The translations under genes and the position numbers were made by a program. From NCBI GenBank assembly GCA_035514295.1, contig DATKBB010000068.1, positions 135-64,134 on the forward strand: DNA of 64,000 bases. The letters run 5' to 3'. The notes beneath the pieces were generated by a model that was not told the DNA's origin, did no database searches, and worked only from the letters and a program-made list of their open reading frames with translations. Position 1 is the first letter of the stretch. Each line of letters starts with the position of its first letter. This DNA comes from Candidatus Limnocylindria bacterium. GTDB lineage: Bacteria; Chloroflexota; Limnocylindria; Limnocylindrales; CSP1-4. Shown here in pieces: positions 34,946 through 44,534 of the stretch.

Positions 34946-35165
34946 GCGCCTCAAGAAGATCGTCGTCGAGCAACTGGGCGTCGACGAGGACGAGGTGAAG
35001 CCGGAGTCGTCGTTCGTCGACGACCTCAACGCAGACTCGCTCGACCTCGTCGAGTTGATCATGAGCCTGGAGGAGGAGTTCGGCGCAGAGATCTCCGACG
35101 AGGACGCCGAGCGCATTCGCACCGTGCAGGACGCCGTCGATTACATCGAGGAGCGGGCCAACTAG
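34926..35165 (+). CDS. acpP: Acyl carrier protein
   Basis: GGAGGGA lies 6 nt before TTG 34926. It has the phosphopantetheine site [14 protein letters not shown]. Confidence 0.9.
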   Translation: MTASTYERLKKIVVEQLGVDEDEVKPESSFVDDLNADSLDLVELIMSLEEEFGAEISDEDAERIRTVQDAVDYIEERAN

Positions 35166-35189
35166 CGCGCGCCGCCATCGGGCGGACGA

Positions 35190-35891
35190 ATGACCCCGGC
35201 CGCGGCAGAGCTTGCCGAGCGGCTGGGACTGCGCTTCCGGGACTTGGAGTTGCTCAGTCGCGCGCTCGTTCACAGCAGTTACACCAACGAGCGGCCCGAA
35301 ACGGGTGAGCCCAACGAGCGGCTCGAGTTCCTGGGCGACGCCGTCATCTCGCTGGTCGTGAGCGAGTTGCTCTGGGAGCGGCACCCCGGCGAGGACGAGG
35401 GCTCACTGACCACGCGCCGGGCGGCGGTCGTTTCCGCGCCCGCGCTGGCCGGCATCGCCGAGCGGCTCGATCTGGGTTCGTACCTGCGCCTGGGTCAGGG
35501 CGCACAGCAGGCCGGTGAGAGCACCCGCCAGTCCGTGTTGGCCGGCGTCTTCGAGGCAGTCACGGGTGCCGTCTACCTCGAGTTCGGCCTGGCCGAAACA
35601 CGCCGCTGGTTGCTAGAGGTCGCCGCGCCGGAGCTGGACCCGGACCGGTCGGTGGCCTCGCTCAAGGCGGCGAAAAGCGTGCTCCAGGAGCTGAGCTACG
35701 CGCGCAGCGGCAAGGCGCCGCGCTACGAGGTCGTGGGCCAGGAGGGACCGGACCACGATCGCCGCTACCAGGTCGAGGTCGTGCTCGACGGGCGGCGGGT
35801 GGGCCTGGGCGAGGGTCGCAGCCGGCGCGAAGCGGAGAAGCAGGCCGCCGAAGACGCCCTCGTCCAGCTGGGCATGGGCGAGCGGAAGTGA
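35190..35891 (+). CDS. rnc: Ribonuclease III
   Basis: ERLEFLGDAV signature and a C-terminal dsRBD (PRYEVVGQEGPDHDRRYQVEV...GEGRSRREAEKQAA). Confidence 0.95.
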   Translation: MTPAAAELAERLGLRFRDLELLSRALVHSSYTNERPETGEPNERLEFLGDAVISLVVSELLWERHPGEDEGSLTTRRAAVVSAPALAGIAERLDLGSYLRLGQGAQQAGESTRQSVLAGVFEAVTGAVYLEFGLAETRRWLLEVAAPELDPDRSVASLKAAKSVLQELSYARSGKAPRYEVVGQEGPDHDRRYQVEVVLDGRRVGLGEGRSRREAEKQAAEDALVQLGMGERK

Positions 35892-38800
35892 GCGCGCCGG
35901 CCCGCCTGCGCGCCCTGCGCCTGGTCGGCTTCAAGTCATTTGCCGAGCGCACCCTCGTGGAGTTCGGGCCGGGCATCAGTGCCGTCGTGGGACCGAACGG
36001 CAGCGGCAAGAGCAACCTGGCCGACGCCCTGCGCTGGACGCTGGGCGAGCAGGGCCGCCTGCTGCGCACGCGTCGCTCGGAGGACGTCATCTTCGCCGGC
36101 TCGTCCGCCCGGCGGGCGATCGGGATGGCCGACGTCACGCTGGTGATCGACAACGAGGACCGCCTGCTGCCGCTGGACTACGGCGAGGTCGAGCTGGGCC
36201 GGCGGCTGTACCGCTCCGGCGAGAACGAATACCTGCTGAACCGCCAGCGCGTCCGGCTGCGCGACCTGTCCGAGCTGCTGGACTCGGCCAACCTGGCCGA
36301 CAACGCCTTCCTGTTCATCGGCCAGGGCATGGTCGACCAGGCGCTCGCACTCCGCCCGGAGGAACGGCGGCCGCTCTTCGAGGAAGCGGCCGGCGTGCGC
36401 CGCCACGAGCGTCGTCGGCGCCACGCCGAGAGCGAGCTGGCCGAGGCGGAGGCCAACCTCGAGCGCCTGCGCGACGTGCTGGCCGAGCTGCGCCCGCAGG
36501 CCCGCCGCCTGGCAGCCCAGGCCGAGCAGCTGCAGGCGCGGCGTAGTGCCGGCCTGGAGCTGGCCGAGGCGCTTGTGGCCGCCGCCCGGGCGCGCTGGGT
36601 CGAGTCCTGGTCGGCGGCGCAGGAACAGCAGCGCGCTCTCGACGTGGCGCATCGTCAGTCGGACCGCGAGATGACCGCCCTGCGCCGCGCCGAGGAGACG
36701 GCCGAGAGACACTCTCGCGCGCTGTCGGAGCGGGCCGAGCGGGAGCACGAGCTGCGCCACGACCTGGACGAGCGGCGGAGCGCGACGGTGGAGCTGCGTC
36801 TCGAGCAGGCGCGCCTGGCCAGCACCCGTGAAGCGCTGCTTGGCGAGCGCCGCCGTTCGGAGACGGAACGGGCAGAGCTCGAGCTACGCATGGCGGAGGC
36901 GCGCGCCACGTTGGCCGAGCCCCAAATCGAGGATCGGCCTGACCTCCAGCGAAGCCTGGAGGAGGCGCAGCGGGCACTGGCCGAGGTGGAGGCGGAGCTG
37001 GCCGGCGCGCGGCAGTCTGGGCCGGAGGAGGGCCGGCTGCGCCAGGCGCTGCTCGCCGCCGAGCTGGAGCAGTCGAGCGCCCGGCTGAGTACCCTCGAAG
37101 GTCAGACAGAGGCTGCCCGCCGTCAGTCGGCCGAGCGCAACGCTCTGCTGGCGGAAAACGAGAGCGCGCGCGACGTAGCGGCCCAGCGGCTGGAGCAGGC
37201 GCGTGCCGCGGAAGCTCGCGCGACCGAGGCGCTGGCGGCGAGCCGGGCGCGCAACGAGTCCGCGGTTGCCGCGCAGGCGGCGGCGGCGCGCGAGCAGGCC
37301 GGGCTGGAAGCGGAGCTGGCCGTTGCCCGCGGCAGGCTGGCCGTGCTGGACGCCGCGCTGGCAGCGGACGGGGACGACGAGCTGGTGCGCGCCGCCCTCG
37401 CCGAAGGTGGGACGCCGCTGGCCGAGGGGCTCGAAGTGGACCCCTATCTGCGGGGGGCCGTGTCGGCGGCGCTGGGCGACGTCCTGCGCGCCGTCGCCGT
37501 GGGGGTGGAGGCGCTCGAGTCGTTGCCTGCCGGCCGGGGTGTCCTGCTGCTGCGCGAGGGTCTGCGCGACGGCCTTCCAGCCGCCACTGCCGAGCCGGCC
37601 GCAGCCCGGCTGCTGGCGGCCGTCACTGAGCGCGGCGGGGATCGGCTCTCGGCGGCCCTCCGGCGCGATCCCCCGGGACTGCTGACCAGCCTGCTGGAGC
37701 GCTGCGTGTGGGTGCCGGAGCTCGACGACGCGCTGGCTGTCCGTCCGCTGCTGCCCGCCGGCTGGCGAGCCGTCACGCGCGCCGGCGAGGTGCTCGACGA
37801 CCAGGGCCTGCTGCGTCTGGCGGGCGGTGAGACGGAGCTGGAGCAGCGTGCCGGGCGCGAGGATGCCGCGCGAGTGATGGCCGAGCTGGAGGGCCGCTCG
37901 AAGGCCGTAGCGGCGCAGGCCGATAGGGCCAGGCTGGGGCGCGAGGAGGCTGCCCGCGCGCTGGGCGAAGCACGTGCGGCCGAGGAGCGAGCCCGCAGCG
38001 AACTGCGCGCCGCCGAGGAGGCCGAGCGCAGCATCGGCAGGCGGGCCGAGACGGCACTGCGCGAAGCCCAGTGGGCGGGTGCCCAGGCAGAGCGCGCCGT
38101 CGCCGAGCTGGCCGCGCTGAGCGAGGAGGTGACAAGGGTCCAGGCGGCCCTGGCTGCGCTGGCTCAGCAGGCCGGCGGGCAGGCGCGGCCGCCGGCCACG
38201 GCCACGCTCGAGCAACGGCGCACCGAGCTGCGCAACCGGCGCGACGAGCTGGCCGACGAGCGTTCACGCCTGGCGGGTCGCCAGCGAGCGGCCGAGGAGG
38301 CGCGCCGGCGGGCGGAGGTGGGGTTGGCCATGGCCGAGCCGCGCGGGCTGGAGCTGGACGCGGAGCTCGAGCGGCTGGCCGGCCGGCTGGAGGAGGGCCG
38401 CGCGGGCGAAGAGCGGCTGGCCGCGCAGCTGGCCGGTGCCCGCGAACAGGAGCAGCGGGCACTGGCCCAGGTCGAGAGCCTGCGCGCGGCCGAGGCGGAA
38501 GACCGACGCCTGCTGCAGGCGGCCGAGCGGGAGGCGACGGAGGCGCGCGAGCGCCTGCGCCGCTGCGAGACGCGCAGCCGGAGCGCGGAGGTCGCCGTCA
38601 TGGAGGCCCGCCTGCACCTGGAGGGCCTCCGCGAGCAGCTGCTGGTCGAGCTGGCCGGGATCGGGCCCGACGGCCTGGCCGCGTTGCGCGAGGTGCAGCT
38701 GGAGGCGGGCCGCGAGGCCGCTGAGCAGGAGGCCAGCGAGCTCTCGCCGGAGTCGCTGGGCGCGGAGCTCGAGGCTGCCCTCGAAGCGGCCATGTCCCGC

Positions 38801-39553
38801 TGGGCAGAGGCGGGCCTGGCCAAGGAACCGCCGCCGAGCGCCGCGCGCCTGGCCAGCCTGCGCCGCCAGTTCCATGCGCTGGGGGCGGGCAACCCCTTCG
38901 CGGTCGAGGAGTACGCGCAGGCGCGGGAGCGACTGGAGACGCTGGAGGCCCAGCGGGCGGACCTCGAGACCGCGATGAGCAACACTCGCCAGCTGATCGC
39001 CAATCTGAGCCGACTGATCACGGAACAGTTCCTGACCACGTTCGCCGCTCTGGAAGGCGCCTTCAGCCGGCGCTTCGAGCAGCTTTTCGGGGGCGGCGAG
39101 GCGCAGCTCAGCCTGACGCTACCCGACGATCTGTCGGCCACCGGCGTGGAGATCACCGCCCGGCCGCCGGGCAAGAAGCGCCAGCCGCTGGCCATGCTCT
39201 CGGGCGGCGAGCGCGCGCTGACCGCGGTGGCCCTGCTGCTGGCCATGCTCGAGGTCCGGCCGGTGCCCTTCTGTGTGCTGGACGAAGTTGACGCCGCGCT
39301 CGACGAGGCAAACATCGCCCGTTTCTCGGCCGCCCTGCGCGGCCTGGCCGACCGCATCCAGTTCATCGTCATCACCCACAACCGGGGCACGATCGAGGCG
39401 GCCGACGCGCTCTACGGCGTGACGATCGGCGACGACGCCGTCAGCCGGATCGTTTCCCTGCGCCTCTCGTCAGGGCCGCCCAGCGACGAGCGGCCCTACG
39501 TCGAGGTGCCCATCGAAGGACGGCCCGTGGCCGCCGAGGCGGGCAGCGCTTGA
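35888..39553 (+). CDS. smc: Chromosome partition protein SMC
   Basis: GPNGSGKSN Walker A, long Ala/Glu/Arg coiled coils, a central hinge, LSGGE signature and LDEVDAALD Walker B. GTG 35888 overlaps the rnc stop. Confidence 0.95.
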   Translation: MSAPARLRALRLVGFKSFAERTLVEFGPGISAVVGPNGSGKSNLADALRWTLGEQGRLLRTRRSEDVIFAGSSARRAIGMADVTLVIDNEDRLLPLDYGEVELGRRLYRSGENEYLLNRQRVRLRDLSELLDSANLADNAFLFIGQGMVDQALALRPEERRPLFEEAAGVRRHERRRRHAESELAEAEANLERLRDVLAELRPQARRLAAQAEQLQARRSAGLELAEALVAAARARWVESWSAAQEQQRALDVAHRQSDREMTALRRAEETAERHSRALSERAEREHELRHDLDERRSATVELRLEQARLASTREALLGERRRSETERAELELRMAEARATLAEPQIEDRPDLQRSLEEAQRALAEVEAELAGARQSGPEEGRLRQALLAAELEQSSARLSTLEGQTEAARRQSAERNALLAENESARDVAAQRLEQARAAEARATEALAASRARNESAVAAQAAAAREQAGLEAELAVARGRLAVLDAALAADGDDELVRAALAEGGTPLAEGLEVDPYLRGAVSAALGDVLRAVAVGVEALESLPAGRGVLLLREGLRDGLPAATAEPAAARLLAAVTERGGDRLSAALRRDPPGLLTSLLERCVWVPELDDALAVRPLLPAGWRAVTRAGEVLDDQGLLRLAGGETELEQRAGREDAARVMAELEGRSKAVAAQADRARLGREEAARALGEARAAEERARSELRAAEEAERSIGRRAETALREAQWAGAQAERAVAELAALSEEVTRVQAALAALAQQAGGQARPPATATLEQRRTELRNRRDELADERSRLAGRQRAAEEARRRAEVGLAMAEPRGLELDAELERLAGRLEEGRAGEERLAAQLAGAREQEQRALAQVESLRAAEAEDRRLLQAAEREATEARERLRRCETRSRSAEVAVMEARLHLEGLREQLLVELAGIGPDGLAALREVQLEAGREAAEQEASELSPESLGAELEAALEAAMSRWAEAGLAKEPPPSAARLASLRRQFHALGAGNPFAVEEYAQARERLETLEAQRADLETAMSNTRQLIANLSRLITEQFLTTFAALEGAFSRRFEQLFGGGEAQLSLTLPDDLSATGVEITARPPGKKRQPLAMLSGGERALTAVALLLAMLEVRPVPFCVLDEVDAALDEANIARFSAALRGLADRIQFIVITHNRGTIEAADALYGVTIGDDAVSRIVSLRLSSGPPSDERPYVEVPIEGRPVAAEAGSA

Positions 39554-40473
39554 GCGGGCCGGCGTCCGATCCGGCGGCGGATCCGCAGGCCGCCTACGAG
39601 CAGGGTCTGGCCCGCACTCGGCAGGGCTTCACCAGCCGCCTCCGCGGCCTGCTCCGGGGTCCTATCTCGGCCGACACCTGGGACGAGGTGGAAGAAGCGC
39701 TCATCGGCGCGGACGTGGGCGCCGAGCTGGCCGGCCGGGTGGTGGCCGGCGCGCGCAAGCGCCACGGAGCGACGGACGCCGAAGCCGCCGTCATCGGCGA
39801 GCTGCTCGACCTGTTCGCCTCGCGCGACCCGACGCCCTGGCCGCGCATTCCCGCGCCGGGCGTGCCCGCCGTTGTGCTGGTGGTGGGTGTCAACGGCACG
39901 GGCAAGACGACCACCATCGCCAAGCTCGCTCACCGCTTCTCGACGCGTGGCGCGCGCGTGCTGCTGGCGGCCGGGGACACCTTCCGGGCGGCGGCCATCG
40001 AGCAGCTGCAGGTCTGGGCGAGGCGCATCGACGTGCCGCTGGTGGCCCACGCGGCCGGCGCGGATCCGTCGGCCGTCGTCTTCGATGCGCTCGACGCGGC
40101 CGCGGCGCGTGGCTCGGACGTGGTCATCGTGGACACCGCCGGCCGGCTGCACACCAAGACCAACCTGATGGACGAGTTGAACAAGATTCGCCGCACGATC
40201 AACAAGCGCCTGCCCCAGGCAGCGCCGGAGGTGCTCTTCGTCCTCGACGCCACGACCGGCCAGAACGGGCTGACCCAGGCGCGTGCCTTCCACGAATCGG
40301 CCGGGCTCAACGGCATCGTGCTGACCAAGCTCGATTCGACGGCCAAGGGCGGCATCGCATTCGCCATCGAGGACGCGCTGAAGGTGCCCGTGCTGTTCGT
40401 CGGGGTGGGGGAGAAGCCAGTGGACCTGCTCGATTTCGACCCCAACGCTTTCGTCGAGGCGCTGTTCGCCTGA
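39550..40473 (+). CDS. ftsY: Signal recognition particle receptor FtsY
   Basis: GVNGTGKTTTIAKLA, DTAGRL, and TKLDSTAKGG. TTG 39550 overlaps the smc stop. Confidence 0.95.
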   Translation: MSGPASDPAADPQAAYEQGLARTRQGFTSRLRGLLRGPISADTWDEVEEALIGADVGAELAGRVVAGARKRHGATDAEAAVIGELLDLFASRDPTPWPRIPAPGVPAVVLVVGVNGTGKTTTIAKLAHRFSTRGARVLLAAGDTFRAAAIEQLQVWARRIDVPLVAHAAGADPSAVVFDALDAAAARGSDVVIVDTAGRLHTKTNLMDELNKIRRTINKRLPQAAPEVLFVLDATTGQNGLTQARAFHESAGLNGIVLTKLDSTAKGGIAFAIEDALKVPVLFVGVGEKPVDLLDFDPNAFVEALFA

Positions 40474-40671
40474 CCCCGCCGTTCGACCGGTGGATCGAGC
40501 GGCTCCCAGATATCGAGCCGGCTTCGAGCCCTGTAGCCAATAGGCTCCGTCAGATGCGTAGCTGGTGAGCACAAACCGGAATTCGTCATCCTCGCGAGCC
40601 ACGAGCGCGCGGACTCGGCGTGCATTGAGCACACGTCGGCGGTCCCTGGAGGGCTAGATGGCGGCCCAGGT

Positions 40672-40769
40672 CGCGGAGTGCTCACCAGCGGATGGCATGA
40701 CGGGAGTATCGGGTCGCCCAACGCGGAGTGGTCACCAGGGGATGGCATGACGGGAGTATCGGTCGCCCA
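40672..40769 (+). repeat. Tandem duplication of a 48/49-nt unit in the ftsY-ffh spacer
   Basis: 40672-40720 is cgcggagtgctcaccagcggatggcatgacgggagtatcgggtcgccca. 40722-40769 is the same with two C-to-G changes and one G fewer. The period is 50, not a multiple of 3. Confidence 0.9.
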
Positions 40770-40816
40770 CCCGGTCCGTGGGGCTCCGCGGGCGTAACCG
40801 CTAAACTCGCGTTCCC

Positions 40817-42145
40817 GTGTTCGACCAGCTTTCTGACCGCCTGCGTGACGTCCTCGGCCGCCTGTCCGGTCGCGGCCGGGTCACTGAGGCCGAAGTCGAC
40901 ACCGCCCTGCGCGAAGTCCGCCTGGCCCTGCTCGAGGCGGACGTCAACTTCCGCGTCGTCAAGGACTTCATGGCCCGTGTGCGCGAGCGTGCCGTGGGGG
41001 CGGAGGTGCTGGAGAGCCTGAACGCCGGCCAGCAGGTGATCAAGATCGTCAACGACGAGCTGACCGCCGTCCTGGGCGCGGGTGATCGGACGTTCCGGCT
41101 GGCCGGAGCGCCGGCCGTCGTGCTGCTCGTGGGGCTGCAGGGCTCGGGCAAGACGACGTCGGCCGCCAAGCTCGCCCGGCACGTGACCAAACAAGGCCGC
41201 CGGCCGCTGCTGGTCGCCGCCGATCCCTACCGCCCCGCCGCCGTCGACCAGCTGGTCACCCTCGGACGACAACTGGACATTCCGGTGCATCGCGCGCCGC
41301 AGGGCACGGCCGTGCTCGACATCTGCCGCGAGGCAGTGCGCCAGGCGCGCAACAGCGGCCGCGACACGGTCATCGTCGACACCGCCGGGCGGCTGACCCT
41401 CGACGAGGCCCTGATGGCCGAGATCCGGGAGCTCGCCCAGCACCTCCAGCCGGCCGAGACACTGCTCGTCGTCGACGCCATGGTCGGCCAGGAGTCGGTC
41501 GCCATCGCGCAGGCCTTCGCCCAGGCCGTGCCGCTGACCGGCTTGATTTTGACCAAGATCGACGGGGACGCGCGCGGCGGTGCGGCGCTCTCGATCGGGG
41601 CGGTCAGCGGCCTTCCCGTGAAGTTCCTGGGCACGGGCGAGCGGACCGACGCGCTGGAGGTATTCCATCCCGACCGGCTGGCCGGGCGCATCCTGGGCAT
41701 GGGCGACGTCATGTCGCTCATCGAGCGGGCGCAGGACACCTTCGACCAGAAGCAGGCCGAGGACCTGGCCGACAAGCTCCAGCGCAATGCCTTCACGCTG
41801 GAGGACTTCCTGTCGCAGATGCAGCAGATCAAGCGTATGGGCCCCATCGGGCAGCTGCTGGAGATGATGCCCGGCATGGGCGGCATGGCCAAGGAAGCCC
41901 AACGCGCGGTGGAGGGTGGCGAGCTGAAGCGCATCGAGGCCATCATCCAGTCGATGACCCGCGACGAGCGGCGCGATCCGCAGATCCTGACCGGCTCGCG
42001 CCGGCGGCGCATCGCCCGCGGTTCGGGCACGTCCCTGCAGGACGTGAATCGGCTGATCAAGCAGTTCGGGGAGATGCAGAAGATGATGCGCCAGCTGGGC
42101 GGCGGGAAGCGCGGCGGCCTGCTGCCTTTCGGGACTCGGCGTTAA
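40817..42145 (+). CDS. ffh: Signal recognition particle protein Ffh
   Basis: MFDQLSDRLRDVLGRL, GLQGSGKTT, DTAGRL, TKIDGDARGG, and a Met-rich M domain. Confidence 0.95.
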   Translation: MFDQLSDRLRDVLGRLSGRGRVTEAEVDTALREVRLALLEADVNFRVVKDFMARVRERAVGAEVLESLNAGQQVIKIVNDELTAVLGAGDRTFRLAGAPAVVLLVGLQGSGKTTSAAKLARHVTKQGRRPLLVAADPYRPAAVDQLVTLGRQLDIPVHRAPQGTAVLDICREAVRQARNSGRDTVIVDTAGRLTLDEALMAEIRELAQHLQPAETLLVVDAMVGQESVAIAQAFAQAVPLTGLILTKIDGDARGGAALSIGAVSGLPVKFLGTGERTDALEVFHPDRLAGRILGMGDVMSLIERAQDTFDQKQAEDLADKLQRNAFTLEDFLSQMQQIKRMGPIGQLLEMMPGMGGMAKEAQRAVEGGELKRIEAIIQSMTRDERRDPQILTGSRRRRIARGSGTSLQDVNRLIKQFGEMQKMMRQLGGGKRGGLLPFGTRR

Positions 42146-42184
42146 GGAGATCCCAGGCAGCGCAGGAAGTACCACTGGCAGCCC

Positions 42185-43963
42185 GTGGGCGTTTGTGGGA
42201 CGATCAATCCTGGCATGACCGTCACGTCCAACAGTGATGCCGCGCCCTGGGATGGAGGGTCGCGGGATCCTTTCTCGCCGCAGCCCCCTGCCCAGCCGCC
42301 CCTGGAACCTGTCCGCCTGCGGACGGGCGGCCCCCTGCGCTGGCTGGTCGCCATCCTGGCCACGGTGCTCGTGCTGGGGGTGGTGGGCGTCGTCTTCGTG
42401 CTGGCCAACCCGCCCGCCACGGCAGGCGGCGTGTCCCCCCTGGCCAAGTTCGCCCCCGCCGACAGCGTGCTCTACATAGAGGCTCGCCTCGATCTGCCCG
42501 GCGACCAGCGCGACAACGTAATCGAGCTGATGAGCAACTTCCCCGGCTTTGCCGACCCGGCCAGCTTCGACCAGAAGATCGGCGAGCTCCTCGACGAGGT
42601 GTTCGAAAGCTCTCCCAGCGGCGTCGACTGGCAGACGGACATCGAGCCCTGGTTCGGAGGCCAGCTGGTGGTCTTCATGGACAGCTTCGAGAGCGGGCAG
42701 GGCACGCCTCAGTCGGGCACGGTCGTGCTGTCGGTCAAGGACGCCGCGGCAGTCGAGCGCTTCCTGGACGAGCAGATGTCGTCGGCCGACTACGAGCCCG
42801 GCGAGCATCGCGAGGTGACCATCTGGACCGGCCGGCTGGGCACGGAGCGAGCTTCCCTGGCTACCACCGCCGATGCCCTGCTGGTCAGCTACCGCATCGA
42901 GGACATGCACTCCGCCATCGACGTCCAAGCGGGCGAGGCCGACGGCCTGGCCGACGACGAGCGCTTCAGCGCGAGCATGGCCAAGCTGGCCACCGACCGG
43001 CTGCTGGCGCTCTACGTGGACGGCGAAGCCGTCACCGAATCACTCGGCAGTGTGCCCATGGGCGGCGTCCTCGACGAGCAGCTCGCCCAGGCGCCGGGAA
43101 CGATCGTCGGCCAGCTGCGCGCCGCGGAGGACCACCTGTTGCTGGAAATGCGCATGCAGCCGCGCGCGGGCCAGAGTTTCCCGGACCTGCCGCAGAGCCG
43201 CACCAGCACGCTGGCCTCCAGCTTCCCGGCGGGCGTGCTGGGCTACGGCGAGTTGCGCGACCTGGGACAGGGCTTGAGGACGTACGTCACCCAGGTGCTC
43301 GAGTTTGTCGGTGCCAGCCCGGGCATGGGTGGCGGCTCGCTGCCCGACCTGGAGCAGTTCCTGGGCACGCCACCCGAGGACTTCCTTGACTTCGTGGGTG
43401 ACACCGCCGTCGCCGTCTCGGCCGACGGTGATGGCTATGGCGGCGGGCTGGTGGCCGTCGTGACGGACGAGGACGTAGCCCGCCAGCGGCTCGATCGGCT
43501 TGTCACCTCGCTGCGCACGATGCTCGCCTTTGCCGGCCCGAACGTGCCGCTGACCATCGAAGAAGAGACGCACAACGGCGTGCCGGCGACGGTCTTCCGA
43601 CTGCGCGCCGAGGCCGGCATGGACCTGCCCTTCTCGTCGTTCAGCTACGCCATCGCCAATGGGCGCCTGCTGGCCGGGGTGGACGGCTTCGTGGCCGCCG
43701 CACTGACGCGCGGCGAGGGGCAATCACTGGCTTCTTCCGCCGGCTACAGTCGCGCGCTGGCCGCCGCCGGAGAGAGCAACGCCGGCTTGTTCTACCTGAA
43801 TATGGGCGAGTTGCGCCGCATCATCGAGACAGAGATGTCGGCCGACGATCGCGCTGAGGCGGCCGAGTTCTGGCCCTACTTCGAGCGCTTCAGCCAGGTC
43901 ATCGGCACGGTGACCACGGACGGCCGCGAGATGGTTTCGCGCTTCCTGCTGTTTGTCGAGTAA
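42185..43963 (+). CDS. Membrane-anchored extracytoplasmic protein, DUF3352-like
   Basis: 592-aa ORF (alternative start ATG 42215). It has a Pro-rich N-terminus, one TM helix (WLVAILATVLVLGVVGVVFVLA) and a large acidic ectodomain. The family call is from memory only. Confidence 0.65.
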   Translation: MGVCGTINPGMTVTSNSDAAPWDGGSRDPFSPQPPAQPPLEPVRLRTGGPLRWLVAILATVLVLGVVGVVFVLANPPATAGGVSPLAKFAPADSVLYIEARLDLPGDQRDNVIELMSNFPGFADPASFDQKIGELLDEVFESSPSGVDWQTDIEPWFGGQLVVFMDSFESGQGTPQSGTVVLSVKDAAAVERFLDEQMSSADYEPGEHREVTIWTGRLGTERASLATTADALLVSYRIEDMHSAIDVQAGEADGLADDERFSASMAKLATDRLLALYVDGEAVTESLGSVPMGGVLDEQLAQAPGTIVGQLRAAEDHLLLEMRMQPRAGQSFPDLPQSRTSTLASSFPAGVLGYGELRDLGQGLRTYVTQVLEFVGASPGMGGGSLPDLEQFLGTPPEDFLDFVGDTAVAVSADGDGYGGGLVAVVTDEDVARQRLDRLVTSLRTMLAFAGPNVPLTIEEETHNGVPATVFRLRAEAGMDLPFSSFSYAIANGRLLAGVDGFVAAALTRGEGQSLASSAGYSRALAAAGESNAGLFYLNMGELRRIIETEMSADDRAEAAEFWPYFERFSQVIGTVTTDGREMVSRFLLFVE

Positions 43964-44031
43964 CCTTACCGGCGCACAGGCCGAGCAGCCCAGCCGGCCG
44001 CGAACACTTTTTGAGGAGGCACATTCAGCCC

Positions 44032-44283
44032 GTGGCAGTACGCATCCGCCTGACGCGTGTCGGCGCAACCAAGCAGCCCAGCTACCGCTTCGTGGTGGCT
44101 GACAGCCGCAACGCCCGGGACGGGCGCTCGCTCGATACGCTGGGTCACTACAACCCGCGCTCGAAGCCCATCGAGCTCAACGTCGACACGGAGAAGGCCC
44201 AGCGCTGGCTGAGCAAGGGCGCCCAGCCGTCGGACACGGTGGCCCGCCTCTTCCGGCAGGCCGGCGTGCTGCCCCAGAAGTAG
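44032..44283 (+). CDS. rpsP: 30S ribosomal protein S16
   Basis: GAGGAGG lies upstream. GTG 44032 gives (M)AVRIRLTRVGATKQPSYRFVVADSRNARDGR. Confidence 0.95.
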   Translation: MAVRIRLTRVGATKQPSYRFVVADSRNARDGRSLDTLGHYNPRSKPIELNVDTEKAQRWLSKGAQPSDTVARLFRQAGVLPQK

Positions 44284-44296
44284 GGAGCACCCACGC

Positions 44297-44530
44297 ATGT
44301 CAGCTGCCACGCTGGTCGAGTTCGTCGCCCGCTCGCTGGTCGACGATCCGGAGGCCGTCAAGGTGGAAGTACATGACGAGCCCGACGGGCGCGTCATCGA
44401 GTTGCGCGTCGCCGAGGGGGACATGGGCAAGGTGATTGGGCGCAACGGCAGCGTGGCCAAGGCCCTGCGCACCCTGCTCAAGGTCGTCGCCGCCCGCGAA
44501 GGGGAGCAGGTCAGCCTCGAGATCGTCTGA
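44297..44530 (+). CDS. KH-domain RNA-binding protein (YlqC-like)
   Basis: LVEFVARSLVDDPEAVKV...GKVIGRNGSVAKALRTLL (GxxG KH motif), in the conserved slot after rpsP. Confidence 0.9.
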   Translation: MSAATLVEFVARSLVDDPEAVKVEVHDEPDGRVIELRVAEGDMGKVIGRNGSVAKALRTLLKVVAAREGEQVSLEIV

Positions 44531-44534
44531 ACCC

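Noticed and set aside
40672-40769. CRISPR array or other multi-copy repeat locus. The 57255-57339 repeats were considered for the same reason.
   Set aside because: There are only two adjacent copies with no unique spacers of CRISPR size, and no cas genes are in the window.
40474-40816. SRP RNA (ffs) between ftsY and ffh; also a guanidine-II (mini-ykkC) riboswitch suggested by the repeated ACGG.
   Set aside because: There is no domain IV-like GGAAGCAGCC/AGGUCAGG motifs. The ACGG in each repeat unit is not flanked by complementary arms, so no ACGR-capped hairpins form.
43964-44031. Rho-independent terminator after the DUF3352-like gene (ggccg…cggcc followed by cacTTTTTg).
   Set aside because: The stem is only about 5 bp with a long loop. 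The T-run directly abuts the rpsP SD, so the evidence is too weak to list as a feature.
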